The notes: generated from the letters alone by a model not told the origin. 64,000 nucleotides of DNA from Candidatus Thorarchaeota archaeon (GCA_029855935.1 JAGSHN010000005.1:1-64000), one strand, 5' to 3'. Counted from the first letter of the stretch, positions 9,091-18,703 are shown. A program made the numbers and translations.

Positions 9091-9165
9091 TGGTGCGGCC
9101 GCCGGGAATCGAACCCGGGCCACAGGCTTGGAAGGCCTGCATCCTAACCCCTAGACAACGGCCGC
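9091..9165 (-). tRNA. tRNA-Gly(TCC)
   Basis: Reverse complement: GCGGCCG/CGGCCGC, CAGGC-CT-TCC-AA-GCCTG, TTCGATT, CCA. Confidence 0.97.
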
Positions 9166-9242
9166 AGACCACGAGCGCTCTCTTGCTGCTCCTGTGAATG
9201 CAGCCTCGCGACAGAGCCGATTTAAGATTATTGATGTATAGG

Positions 9243-9965
9243 TCAGTCCTCCATCCGCCGTTCAGCCCATCTGTCGAGGCCAGTACGCAGCGTGTATGCC
9301 CAGAGCACCTCGGCACAGACATGCCAGGCCATGAGTACGTCTGGGTCAACTGAGATTCGTGTGTCAAAGAGAGAGATTATGTCTGATGCAAGATCACCGT
9401 GGGGAAATGCACCCACACCGACAACCACGGGGACCGACGGATCCGAGGGTAGAAACTCGACGAGAGCATGAACAGGTGTGGGATCTCCAGACTCGTGGGC
9501 CAGGACTGTGAGCGCCCGCTCATCATCGCCACGCAGGTTGCGAAGAAGTTGAGGCAGGTCAGTCTGGACGACCTCAAGAAGTGGAGGGCCATCTGGAGGT
9601 ACAGAACCGTGGGTCAGAAGCTGCTCAACCAGCCCCACAAATCTGTCGTAGTTCCGGGGCAGACGGACTGACGGGTCTATGCAGATAATCCTTGAGTCCT
9701 GGAGATGAAGGTGAATCGAGAGAAGTCCCGCTTTGCAGAGTGGGGTTTCAAGCAGGGCATGTAGGGCAAGAAACGTTATGTCGGGACGACCACGCCGTTG
9801 GTGATCCTCCAATCTCAGCATAGCACGTCCATGGTGCGTCTGGTCCAGCAGTAGCTCCGACACGGGTCTTCTTCGACGTGATGCATACTGCTGAATCTGC
9901 TTGAGTGCCCTCATCTCCAGAGGTATCAACTCAATCGCGCAGTCCAAGAGGATCACATGGAGCAT
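9243..9965 (-). CDS. nep1: rRNA small-subunit methyltransferase Nep1/Emg1
   Basis: LLDQTHH, RGRPDI, RLPRNYDRFVGL, VGAFPHGD; start MLHVILL. Confidence 0.93.
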   Translation of the reverse strand: MLHVILLDCAIELIPLEMRALKQIQQYASRRRRPVSELLLDQTHHGRAMLRLEDHQRRGRPDITFLALHALLETPLCKAGLLSIHLHLQDSRIICIDPSVRLPRNYDRFVGLVEQLLTHGSVPPDGPPLLEVVQTDLPQLLRNLRGDDERALTVLAHESGDPTPVHALVEFLPSDPSVPVVVGVGAFPHGDLASDIISLFDTRISVDPDVLMAWHVCAEVLWAYTLRTGLDRWAERRMED

Positions 9966-10093
9966 TGTCTGACCTCCCGGTGCGCAGGGTGCTGGAAACA
10001 ATATAAGAGGTTCGAGGTGAGTCAGATGAACAGTAGTATCACATTCCAATGCGATGTAGACAATTCCGCAGCAGCTGCACGAGAGGGTTCTCA

Positions 10094-10420
10094 ATGCCAA
10101 GAGGCAGACCGCCAAAGAGAGACACAAGGGCTATCGCACGGGAGAGAATTGGACGCCTATGGGAACTGGCAGTCCGAACTGCACGCAAGAACCCCGAGCG
10201 CGCTGCACGCTACGCCGAGCTCGCACGCAGGGTTTCCAGGGGAGTCAGGCGGAGACTGCCGCTGCATATGGCACGCAACATATGCCGAGGCTGTGGCAGG
10301 CTCCTCATTCCGGGCGGAAACTGTAGAGTCCGCATCAGACACAATAGGCAACGACACGTGACTGTCACTTGCCTGCACTGCGGAGCAATACGCAGATTCC
10401 CTGTCACAAGAGAAGGTTAA
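10094..10420 (+). CDS. rnp4: RNase P protein component 4 (Rpp21)
   Basis: IARERIGRL, CRGC..LLIPG, CLHCG..RR. Confidence 0.92.
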   Translation: MPRGRPPKRDTRAIARERIGRLWELAVRTARKNPERAARYAELARRVSRGVRRRLPLHMARNICRGCGRLLIPGGNCRVRIRHNRQRHVTVTCLHCGAIRRFPVTREG

Positions 10421-10454
10421 AGTTCGAACGCGGCATGGTGCGGCACGAGGCGGT

Positions 10455-10715
10455 ATGAAGCGTCCTGATCCGACAAGGATAAGCATCGTTTGGCAAGAGA
10501 GTGCTATGATGCAGATTGGAAAGGCGGGACTCACCGACAGGGTGGTAGGTGAGGCAAAGCGCCTGCTGAAGACTCACAAGTATATCAAGGTGAGAGCACT
10601 GCGTAGCTCTGTGGATGAGATCCCAAAGGAGGACCTATTCCGGCAGCTCTGTGACAAGACAGGGGCCACACTTGCGGGGATACGGGGCAATACAGCAGTC
10701 ATCTACAAGCTCTAA
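10455..10715 (+). CDS. YhbY/CRM-domain RNA-binding protein
   Basis: QIGKAGLT, YIKVR, GNTAVIYK; conserved context. Confidence 0.88.
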   Translation: MKRPDPTRISIVWQESAMMQIGKAGLTDRVVGEAKRLLKTHKYIKVRALRSSVDEIPKEDLFRQLCDKTGATLAGIRGNTAVIYKL

Positions 10716-10838
10716 GCGGCAGGTTGCAACGATAATCTTTTATGCGGACTCCTAAGTTGCGAGGGCAGCCTTCTGAGGTGGGCTACCCGCCCAGATGATG
10801 TGCGGTGACCCTCCCTCCACAGAAATGGTGACTGACAA

Positions 10839-11291
10839 ATGCCCACAGTCTATGACATTCCGGCCAACATATTCATTCGCCGTCTGGCCCAGGAGCTCAA
10901 GCACAGCAAGGACATCGAGCCTCCTGAATGGGCCCCCTTCGTAAAAACGGGAGCACACAAGGAGCGCGCGCCAGATGATCCAGACTGGTGGTACGTCCGT
11001 TGCGCGAGTGTCCTGAGGAAAATCTACCTCAAGGGGCCAATTGGCACCGAGAGGCTGAGAGTCGAGTACGGCGGACGAAAACGGCGAGGATGCAAGCCCA
11101 ACAGATTCCAGAAGGGAAGTGGGGCTGTCATCAGGAAAGTATTGCAGCAGTTGGAGAGAGCAGGGTTCATCGAGCGTCGTGCCAACAAGGGGCGGGAGAT
11201 TACCGACGTGGGCAGAGCATACTTAGACAAGCTGGCCGCAGCGATTAAGAGGGATCTTGAACAAGTTATTCCCGAGTTAAGCAAATACTGA
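10839..11291 (+). CDS. rps19e: 30S ribosomal protein eS19
   Basis: PEWAPFVKTG.HKE, DWWYVR, YGGRKRRG, LQQLE. Confidence 0.97.
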   Translation: MPTVYDIPANIFIRRLAQELKHSKDIEPPEWAPFVKTGAHKERAPDDPDWWYVRCASVLRKIYLKGPIGTERLRVEYGGRKRRGCKPNRFQKGSGAVIRKVLQQLERAGFIERRANKGREITDVGRAYLDKLAAAIKRDLEQVIPELSKY

Positions 11292-11294
11292 GAT

Positions 11295-11636
11295 GTGGTG
11301 ACTCCGGTGAGTGAGGACGAACTTGAGGCAATCCGGCAGAGAAAGCTCGCAGCGCTGAGAGAGCAGGCTCTCCAGCAGCAGGCGGCCGAGCAGAGAGCTG
11401 CTGAGTTGGAGGCCCAGAAGGAGGCAGTCCTCAGACAGATACTCACTCCAGAGGCGCGCGCCAGACTTGTCAACATCAAGATGGTACGACCACAGTTCGC
11501 CGAACAGATAGAGCTCCAGCTGATTCAGCTCGCCACTTCTGGACGGCTGAGGGCAAAGCTGACAGACCAGCAGCTGAAGGCACTGCTTCAGCAGATTCAA
11601 CAGCGAGAGCGTGAGCCGAAGATCACGTTCAGATAG
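11295..11636 (+). CDS. PDCD5-like DNA-binding protein
   Basis: ELEAIRQRKL, LTPEARARL, IELQLIQL. Confidence 0.93.
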   Translation: MVTPVSEDELEAIRQRKLAALREQALQQQAAEQRAAELEAQKEAVLRQILTPEARARLVNIKMVRPQFAEQIELQLIQLATSGRLRAKLTDQQLKALLQQIQQREREPKITFR

Positions 11637-11663
11637 GATTCGAGTGCTGCACGAGGTGAAGAG

Positions 11664-11819
11664 ATGGCAAGAAACAAGCCGCTGGGAAAGAAACTGCGAA
11701 TGGCGCGGGCCCTGAAGAGCAACAAGAGCGTTCCCACATGGGTCGTAGTCAAGACTGGAAGCAAGCTGAGAAGGACTCCAGCCCAGCGCAACTGGCGGCA
11801 GACCAAGCTCAAACCATAG
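11664..11819 (+). CDS. rpl39e: 50S ribosomal protein eL39 (51 aa; absent from ORF track)
   Basis: Translated by hand: [31 protein letters not shown]...[10 protein letters not shown]; SD GAGGTG. Confidence 0.95.
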   Translation: MARNKPLGKKLRMARALKSNKSVPTWVVVKTGSKLRRTPAQRNWRQTKLKP

Positions 11820-11832
11820 ACAGGTGTGCGAG

Positions 11833-12243
11833 ATGACCCCTGAAGAGAGCACCGAGATTGATGTGGAAGAGGCAGAGGGAGAGGATACTTCCGAGGAGGC
11901 CGAGATAAAGGAAACCGAAGAAGAGGCTCCCACTGAGGAGAAACCAACGGCCGCTGAGGAAGCTGTTCCTGAGGAGGAGGAAGAGATAGTTGAGGAGCGA
12001 ATATATACAGTTCCTCTCAGAAAGGCGTACTGGACAGGTAGTAGGCTCCGCAGGGCAAAACGTGCAGTGCGCATTCTCAGGGAGTTTGTCGAACGCCATA
12101 TGAAACCAGAGGAGATGCGGATTCAGCCAGAGGTCAATGAGAGAATCTGGTCAAGAGGTATCCAGAAACCACCAAGAAGGATACGCATAAGGGCAACTAA
12201 GAATGCTGACAATCTCGTACGCGTGTACCTAGCGGAGGGATAG
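11833..12243 (+). CDS. rpl31e: 50S ribosomal protein eL31 with acidic N-terminal extension
   Basis: ERIYTVPL, RAKRAV, VNERIWSRGIQKPP. Confidence 0.95.
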   Translation: MTPEESTEIDVEEAEGEDTSEEAEIKETEEEAPTEEKPTAAEEAVPEEEEEIVEERIYTVPLRKAYWTGSRLRRAKRAVRILREFVERHMKPEEMRIQPEVNERIWSRGIQKPPRRIRIRATKNADNLVRVYLAEG

Positions 12244-12249
12244 CCCACG

Positions 12250-12915
12250 ATGATCGCCCGCACAGACTTCGAGGGCGATTCCAATGTGGGAGCGTTTGCA
12301 ATTGCCACGGACAGGTTTGTATTCCTCTCATCGAACCTGTCGGACAAGTCGGTCGCTCTCATCGAGAAGACATTTGATCTGCCACTGGTGAGGTGCACTG
12401 TTGCCACACTCGATGCGGTTGGGATAATGTCGGCTGCCAACTCCAATGGCATAATCGTTCCGTACACAATCACAGACGAGGAGCTTGCAGTCCTAAGACG
12501 GGCTGCTGATGTCCCCGTTGAGTGGATAGACAGCAAGATGACGGCGCTCGGAAATATCGTCTTGACCAATGATACGGGCGCCATCTGTCATCCCGACTTT
12601 GACACAAAGGCAAGGAGAAAGATTGCGGACACTCTAGATGTTGAGGTGGTGGAGGGCACGATTGCAGGGTTGCCAATCGTGGGATCGACTACCATTGCGA
12701 CCAACTCCGGCGCAGTGGTACATCCTCTGACAACAGCCGATGAAATGGAACTGATATCAGAGCTGTTAAAAGTGGATGTGGAAGTGGGAACGGTGAATCG
12801 TGGTAGCCCATATATCCGGCTCGGTGTGATTGCGAACACCGATGCGATGATAGTAGGGGCGGACACAACGGGTGTCGAGCTTGCACATATCTCGCAGGCA
12901 CTCGGAATCGTATAG
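12250..12915 (+). CDS. eif6: Translation initiation factor 6 (aIF6)
   Basis: SNVGAF, ALGNIVLTND, GTVNRG. Confidence 0.95.
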   Translation: MIARTDFEGDSNVGAFAIATDRFVFLSSNLSDKSVALIEKTFDLPLVRCTVATLDAVGIMSAANSNGIIVPYTITDEELAVLRRAADVPVEWIDSKMTALGNIVLTNDTGAICHPDFDTKARRKIADTLDVEVVEGTIAGLPIVGSTTIATNSGAVVHPLTTADEMELISELLKVDVEVGTVNRGSPYIRLGVIANTDAMIVGADTTGVELAHISQALGIV

Positions 12916-12919
12916 GTAG

Positions 12920-13174
12920 GTGATTCGGATGAGTCGAAAGGTATGGCGCGCAACAGGAGAATATCGAAAGAACAAGAGGAAGTTCAAGTTCAGCCGAGAG
13001 CTCATAGCTATCAACGAGCGTCAAGTGCGAGAGAGAGTCATGTCAGAGCTCGGTAGTCGTCACCGAGTCAAACGCAGGGACATAGTATTTCACGAGATCA
13101 AGGAGATCAGACCAGAGGATGTGAAGAGTCTAGATATCAGAAGACTCCTTGGTGTAGAGAGCGTGGTAGGATGA
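12920..13174 (+). CDS. rplX: 50S ribosomal protein eL20 (L18a/LX)
   Basis: FSREL, SELGSRHRVKR..I; conserved position. Confidence 0.9.
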   Translation: MIRMSRKVWRATGEYRKNKRKFKFSRELIAINERQVRERVMSELGSRHRVKRRDIVFHEIKEIRPEDVKSLDIRRLLGVESVVG

Positions 13175-13608
13175 GCCATGATGAACAGAGAGCCCTGCAG
13201 CAGCTCTCGTTAGAACAGCAGGTTGTATCCAGCAAGATAGAGCTCACTCAGCAGAGAATGGAGTTGACACAGGCCTTCATAAGAGATCAGCGGACAGGCC
13301 TAGCAACGCTGGAGGAACTGGAGAAGCACAAAGAGAACGAAGAGATACTCGTCCACATCGGTGGCGGGATTCTTCTCAAGGCGCGCATAGTCGATCCGAA
13401 CACCGTCATACAGGAGATAGGCAGTGGTGTGAGAGTGGAACTCTCTGTCAGCGATGCCAAGAAGAAGGCAGAGAAGATCATAGAGAGGCTCCAGAAACAG
13501 TATGACGGCCTTGCTGAAGACCTTCGCAAGCTGAGTGCGAAGGCTGCGGACCTCGACTCACAGCTGAGAGAGGCCGTGAAGAAGATACAGACGCCAGCGG
13601 GGAAGTGA
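13171..13608 (+). CDS. pfdA: Prefoldin alpha subunit
   Basis: Coiled coils flanking EILVHIGGG and IGSGVRVE beta hairpins. Confidence 0.92.
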   Translation: MSHDEQRALQQLSLEQQVVSSKIELTQQRMELTQAFIRDQRTGLATLEELEKHKENEEILVHIGGGILLKARIVDPNTVIQEIGSGVRVELSVSDAKKKAEKIIERLQKQYDGLAEDLRKLSAKAADLDSQLREAVKKIQTPAGK

Positions 13609-13612
13609 GGCC

Positions 13613-14521
13613 TTGTTCGAGAAGCTTCGAGGAGCGCTGGACACGGCAATCACCAAAGCAACAACAAAGGAACTGACCGAGAAGAACCTGGCCGATGCGG
13701 TCTGGGAACTGCAGATGGTCCTGATACAGAACGATGTTGCCGTGGAAGTTGCCGAGCGCATATGCGAGCTGACTAAGAACAAGATACTCGGCACGAGAAC
13801 GGGACGATTGGAGAATGTCAAGCAGCTCTTCCGTGAGGCTATTCGTGATGCTGTCCTTGAGATTCTGCAGCCGGAGAAACCCCTTGACCTCATCGATTAT
13901 GTCAGGACCAGCAAGGAACAGGGAAGACCCACTGTCATAATGTTTGTTGGAGTGAACGGGACAGGGAAGACCACGACTCTGGCAAAGGTCGCCTACCTGC
14001 TCAAGAGCGAGGGGTTCTCAGTGGTGGCGGCAGCAGCGGACACGTATCGTGCCGGAAGCATCGAACAGCTGTCAGAACACTGCCGGCGCCTTGGTGTCCG
14101 CGTGATAGCACAGACATACGGTGCAGATGCTGCTGCAGTGGCATACGACAGTGTTGCTCATGCACGGGCGAAGAGAATTGATGCTGTGCTCATTGACACA
14201 GCTGGAAGAATGCAGAGCAACAAGAACCTGCTCGCGGAGATGGCGAAGATTGCACGTGTCACCGAGCCCGACCTCAAGATATTCGTTGGTGATGCCTTGG
14301 CCGGAAACGATGCTCTGTCACAGGCCAAGGAGTTTCACGAGGCCATCGGTATCGATGGGGCAATCCTGACCAAAGTGGATGCGGACCCCTCAGGCGGTGC
14401 TGCACTATCAATCACCTTTGTGACCGGTAGGCCTGTGATCTATGTGGGGGTCGGGCAAGACTACAAGGACCTGCGGCCGTTCGACCCCAAGTGGTTCGCC
14501 GAACGTCTCGTGGGAGGCTGA
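13613..14521 (+). CDS. ftsY: SRP receptor FtsY
   Basis: GVNGTGKTTT, DTYRAG, DTAGR, TKVD. Confidence 0.96.
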   Translation: MFEKLRGALDTAITKATTKELTEKNLADAVWELQMVLIQNDVAVEVAERICELTKNKILGTRTGRLENVKQLFREAIRDAVLEILQPEKPLDLIDYVRTSKEQGRPTVIMFVGVNGTGKTTTLAKVAYLLKSEGFSVVAAAADTYRAGSIEQLSEHCRRLGVRVIAQTYGADAAAVAYDSVAHARAKRIDAVLIDTAGRMQSNKNLLAEMAKIARVTEPDLKIFVGDALAGNDALSQAKEFHEAIGIDGAILTKVDADPSGGAALSITFVTGRPVIYVGVGQDYKDLRPFDPKWFAERLVGG

Positions 14522-14597
14522 ACTGGACAGATTATGGTGATGTTTATTACCATCATCCTGCTGTCACCCGTCAATAACAACGGGTGAGGTAGTCGAA

Positions 14598-15521
14598 TTG
14601 AGCCTAAAGGGTAGAAACTTCATAGACCTCTCGCACTTTGAGCGACGCGAACTTCGAAGAATTCTGGACACAGCACACGACCTGAAGCGCAAGCAGAAAC
14701 GCGGGGAGCGACACGAGCTTCTAAGAGGAAAGTCTCTCGCGATGATCTTCATGAAGTCCTCAACAAGGACTAGGGTCTCTTTCGAGGTTGGAATGACACA
14801 ACTTGGGGGTCACGCACTCTACCTGCAGCCAAGTGGGACCCAGCTTGGACGTGGCGAGACAATCGCTGACACTGCACGCGTGCTCAGTAGATACTGTGAC
14901 GCTATCATGGCGCGAGTCTATGGTCATGATGAAGTTGTTGAGCTCGCCGAGTATGCGACAGTCCCTGTGATCAACGGGTTGTCCGACCTCCTCCATCCCT
15001 GTCAGATAGTGGCAGACATGATGACGATTGAGGAGTATAAGGGGCGGCTTCAGGGACTGAAGATCGCCTATGTGGGCGACTCGAACAATGTGAGTAACTC
15101 GATAATGCAGGGCTGTACAATAATGGGGATGAATGTGACCGTTGGTTCTCCCAAGGGCTACACTCCTCGACCCGAGATTCTCAAGCGTGCCACTGAACTG
15201 AGCGAGCGCTATGACACACAACTCGAGGTCGTGAACGACCCCTACGAGGCTGTCAAGAATGCAGACATCATCTACACAGACACGTTCTTCAGCATGGGTC
15301 AGGAACGGTCTAAGGAGAAAGAAGAGGCGCTCATGCCATTCCAAGTCAACTCAGATCTTGTTGGAGCCGCCAAGAAGGACGTGATAGTGATGCACTGTCT
15401 CCCTGCTCATAGAGGAGAAGAAATCACTGACGACGTCATGGACGGGCCACATAGCGTGGTCTTTGATCAAGCAGAGAACCGTCTGCACGCACAAAAGGCA
15501 ATTCTCGTACTGATTGTCTGA
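14598..15521 (+). CDS. argF: Ornithine carbamoyltransferase
   Basis: SSTRTR, HPCQ, SMG, HCLP, QAENRLH. Confidence 0.96.
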   Translation: MSLKGRNFIDLSHFERRELRRILDTAHDLKRKQKRGERHELLRGKSLAMIFMKSSTRTRVSFEVGMTQLGGHALYLQPSGTQLGRGETIADTARVLSRYCDAIMARVYGHDEVVELAEYATVPVINGLSDLLHPCQIVADMMTIEEYKGRLQGLKIAYVGDSNNVSNSIMQGCTIMGMNVTVGSPKGYTPRPEILKRATELSERYDTQLEVVNDPYEAVKNADIIYTDTFFSMGQERSKEKEEALMPFQVNSDLVGAAKKDVIVMHCLPAHRGEEITDDVMDGPHSVVFDQAENRLHAQKAILVLIV

Positions 15522-15531
15522 GGCAACCGGT

Positions 15532-16494
15532 ATGTCCGTAGAGGTCTTTGCCATCGGCCGAACCAACGTGGATGTGTGCGTTCACTCGGAGGAGATGCCC
15601 CGGACGGGGCAGCACCGAATAGCAGATGAGGGCTGTATGTCGTCGGGCGGATCTGCCGCAAACTTTGCTGCACAGATGGCACGTCTTGGCGTCAAGGTCG
15701 GACTGATAAGCTGTGTCGGCAATGACCTCTACGGGCAGTCCATGCTCAAGAACCTGTCGCAGATTGGTGTGGACACACGCCCAGTGCTACAGCTTGAGAA
15801 CCAGTCCACGGGAATATTCCTGAGTATCACCGACAAGACAGGCCGGCGTATGACCGTGGTCCATCCGGGTGCCAATAGGTTTCTCGAGAGGTACGTGGTG
15901 GACGAGGCCCTGCTGGTGAGGGCCAGCACGATACATATGGCTGGCGGTTTTCCGATGATGACGGAGAGAGTGGCCAAGATAGCGTCCGTGAACGGTATCA
16001 TCTTCTCTTTTGATCCAGGCAGGACTGCACAAGAGGTCGATTTTCAACGGATACTCGCACGGACGGACCTTCTCTTTGTGAACGAACGAGAACTCAAGGA
16101 GTATGTCAGAGTCAGAGCGAATGAGAGAGACCTCAAAGCCTTTGCAAAGACTTTCCCAGGCGTGGTCATCGTGAAGCTCGGAGAGCGGGGGGCCGTGGCG
16201 ACAGACGGCTTTGAGTTCTATCAGTCCTCGGCGTTCCCTGTAGACGTTGTTGACACGCTGGGTGCTGGTGACGCGTTCGCTGCAGGGTTTGTGACGGCAT
16301 GGACCAGGTTTGAGAACATTGAAACTGCTCTACACATGGCAAACGCCGTAGCGGCATTGACTGTGAGGAAAAGAGGCGCTCAGAATGGTCAGCCGACGAT
16401 GGAAGATGTAGCGGCCTTCCTAGCATCGCATAACGTCTCAATCGAGCCTGTCCTACGGACCTTCCGCAAGAGAGTACGCAAGAGAAAGAGATGA
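15532..16494 (+). CDS. PfkB-family carbohydrate kinase
   Basis: GGSAAN, NEREL, DTLGAGDAF. Confidence 0.92.
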   Translation: MSVEVFAIGRTNVDVCVHSEEMPRTGQHRIADEGCMSSGGSAANFAAQMARLGVKVGLISCVGNDLYGQSMLKNLSQIGVDTRPVLQLENQSTGIFLSITDKTGRRMTVVHPGANRFLERYVVDEALLVRASTIHMAGGFPMMTERVAKIASVNGIIFSFDPGRTAQEVDFQRILARTDLLFVNERELKEYVRVRANERDLKAFAKTFPGVVIVKLGERGAVATDGFEFYQSSAFPVDVVDTLGAGDAFAAGFVTAWTRFENIETALHMANAVAALTVRKRGAQNGQPTMEDVAAFLASHNVSIEPVLRTFRKRVRKRKR

Positions 16495-16576
16495 GCGGCC
16501 TGTAATACGGGCGTAGTATTGCAGTTTTTCTTCACAGCCTGCTGTTCAGAGTCTGAACACGGAAGGTGTAGAAAGA

Positions 16577-17734
16577 ATGCATCCGCTTCTCGAAGAGGTT
16601 CTCAGTAGCACTACAGGCACCAGAAGAGAGCCGCATGGCACAAGGGGCCGGCGAGGAACAAAGAAGAGCGAAACGACCGATGAAGAGCTCGCGGACCTGC
16701 TTGAGTCGGTCACCGCCAGAATACTGGTCGTTGGAGTCGGTGGTGCTGGCAACAACGCAGTGACACGACTCATGGAGGTCGGTGTCGAGGGCGCTGAAAC
16801 GCTCGCTGTGAACACTGATGCTCAGGATCTGTACTTCTGTAATGCGGATCACAAACTGCTGCTGGGAAGGGAAACCTGTGGCGGACTTGGTGCTGGAAAT
16901 GACCCAGATGTAGGGGAGGCGGCAGCACTCGAGAGCTACGAGGCCATCAAGGAGAGCCTGCGTGCAGACCTCGTGTTCATAACGGCCGGAATGGGCGGTG
17001 GGACAGGCACTGGTGCGGCCCCCTTGATTGCAAAGGCAGCCCGAGAGAATGGAGCGTTGACTGTGGCCATAGTCTGCCTGCCTTTTGAGGTGGAGGGCGC
17101 CACGAGAAAGAAGAATGCTGCTCGCGGACTCAATGCACTGATGCAGCACGTTGATACACTCATTGCCATCCCCAACGAGAAGCTCCTTGAGATAGCGCCG
17201 GACCTCTCACTCGCCGAGGCCTTCATGGTGGCCGATGAGGTGCTGGTGCGGGCTGTGAAGGGGATTGCCGAGCTGATCTCAAGACCGGGGCTTGTCAACC
17301 TCGACTTTGCCGATGTCCGCACCACAATGAGAAACGGTGGTGTTTCCATAATCGCGCTTGGAGAGGGAACTGGTGACAACAGAGCCGAGGAGGCAGTCTA
17401 CAACGCCCTGCAGAACCCTCTCATCGATGTGTCCATAGAGAATGCGAGAAGCATCCTCATCAATGTCAGCGGCAGTACTGACCTGCAGCTGTCCGAGGCC
17501 AAGCGAGTGGTCGAGCTGGTGACCGAACAGGTGAACCCGGGCGCAGAGGTCATCTATGGGGCCCTGATAATTCCGGAACTCGAGGACCGACTCAGGGTGA
17601 CCATCATCGCGTCTGGCGTAAACTCGCCCTACGTTCTCGACTCTGGGTCAGAGTCTGTCACCCCGCTCGCGGACGACCTTGAGAGAGAGAGGAGCATAGC
17701 CAGCCCTGACGGGACGAGCCTAGGAGTCATGTGA
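16577..17734 (+). CDS. ftsZ: Cell division GTPase FtsZ
   Basis: GVGGAGNN, GMGGGTGTG, T7 loop NLDFADV. Confidence 0.97.
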   Translation: MHPLLEEVLSSTTGTRREPHGTRGRRGTKKSETTDEELADLLESVTARILVVGVGGAGNNAVTRLMEVGVEGAETLAVNTDAQDLYFCNADHKLLLGRETCGGLGAGNDPDVGEAAALESYEAIKESLRADLVFITAGMGGGTGTGAAPLIAKAARENGALTVAIVCLPFEVEGATRKKNAARGLNALMQHVDTLIAIPNEKLLEIAPDLSLAEAFMVADEVLVRAVKGIAELISRPGLVNLDFADVRTTMRNGGVSIIALGEGTGDNRAEEAVYNALQNPLIDVSIENARSILINVSGSTDLQLSEAKRVVELVTEQVNPGAEVIYGALIIPELEDRLRVTIIASGVNSPYVLDSGSESVTPLADDLERERSIASPDGTSLGVM

Positions 17735-17825
17735 TGGGCACCGTGGCCGCTCAGGAAGTATTAAAAGCCCAGCCGAGGGCTCTATCCTCAGTCAGCGACA
17801 GGTACACAGGCTGAGTTGAACAAAG

Positions 17826-18008
17826 ATGGGTCTAGGAGAATTTGTCAGGAGCAGTCTCAGAATACTGAGGCTGGCCACAAAGCCCTCACGGAAAGAGATG
17901 TGGATGAGCACAAAAGTCGCATTCCTAGCGATGATTCTAGTGGGTATGCTCAGCTTTATCGTACAGGTTCTCATGACCATAGTGACATCCAACTGGACCG
18001 GATCGTAG
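17826..18008 (+). CDS. secE: Protein translocase SecE/Sec61gamma
   Basis: RILRLATKPSRKE plus one TM; lies between ftsZ and spt5. Confidence 0.9.
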   Translation: MGLGEFVRSSLRILRLATKPSRKEMWMSTKVAFLAMILVGMLSFIVQVLMTIVTSNWTGS

Positions 18009-18046
18009 ACGCCCACACCAGTTGCAGACAGGATGGATGATGCCCA

Positions 18047-18703
18047 TTGCCGCCAAGAACTAGTATTTTCGCGGTCAGAACGACCATAGGCCAAGAGAGA
18101 AGCGTCACCGATCTCATCACGACAGCCGTGATAGGAGAACCGGACATCTGGGAGTGCCCGTTCTGCTCCGAGCAATTCAATTCAGAGGAGGCAACACGCG
18201 AACATATGGCCACTTGCCCGAAGAAGAAGAGCACTGGTGAGCCGAAGCTCGTCTACAAGAATCCACTTCTCGGCCGTGTGAAGGCGATCCTAGTTCCAGA
18301 GACCCTGAGGGGATACGTCTTCATCGAAACTGAGGAGTACAGAGATGTGGAGATTGCAATATCGGGCGTGCCCCACGTCAGAGGTCGTGTCAGCGGAAAG
18401 GTCACAAAAGAGGAGATAGACAAGTATCTAGTGCCGAAGCCTGCAGCAGAGGGCATCTCCGTTTCTGACATTGTGGAGATAATCTCTGGACCCTTCAAGG
18501 GAGAGAGAGCCAAGGTCACCCGAGTCGACGCTGCAAAGGAGGAGTTGGTGATTGAGCTGATTGACAGCCCTGTCACCATACCGATGAGAATTCACGCGGA
18601 CTTCATCAAGCTTGTCGAGAAGGCGACAGAGGAGGAGGTCCCGGCCGGCGAGGCAGAGGAGGAGGGCGAGGAGGAAGAGGAGTCCTTCTGGTCGAGATCG
18701 TGA
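18047..18703 (+). CDS. spt5: Transcription elongation factor Spt5 with inserted zinc finger
   Basis: NGN (IFAVRTTIGQE; LRGYVFIE) and KOW (VEIISGPFKGE) domains; CPFC-x12-H-x3-C insert. Confidence 0.95.
   Translation: MPPRTSIFAVRTTIGQERSVTDLITTAVIGEPDIWECPFCSEQFNSEEATREHMATCPKKKSTGEPKLVYKNPLLGRVKAILVPETLRGYVFIETEEYRDVEIAISGVPHVRGRVSGKVTKEEIDKYLVPKPAAEGISVSDIVEIISGPFKGERAKVTRVDAAKEELVIELIDSPVTIPMRIHADFIKLVEKATEEEVPAGEAEEEGEEEEESFWSRS

Noticed and set aside
8986-9123. N-terminal extension of the 716-aa Topo IB ORF
   Set aside because: It overlaps tRNA-Gly(TCC); recognisable Top1 sequence starts at METLRHNG
6326-9165. Integrated mobile element between the tRNA-Gly genes
   Set aside because: Both tRNAs are complete, inverted and have different anticodons; no integrase or att direct repeat; Topo IB is not a tyrosine integrase
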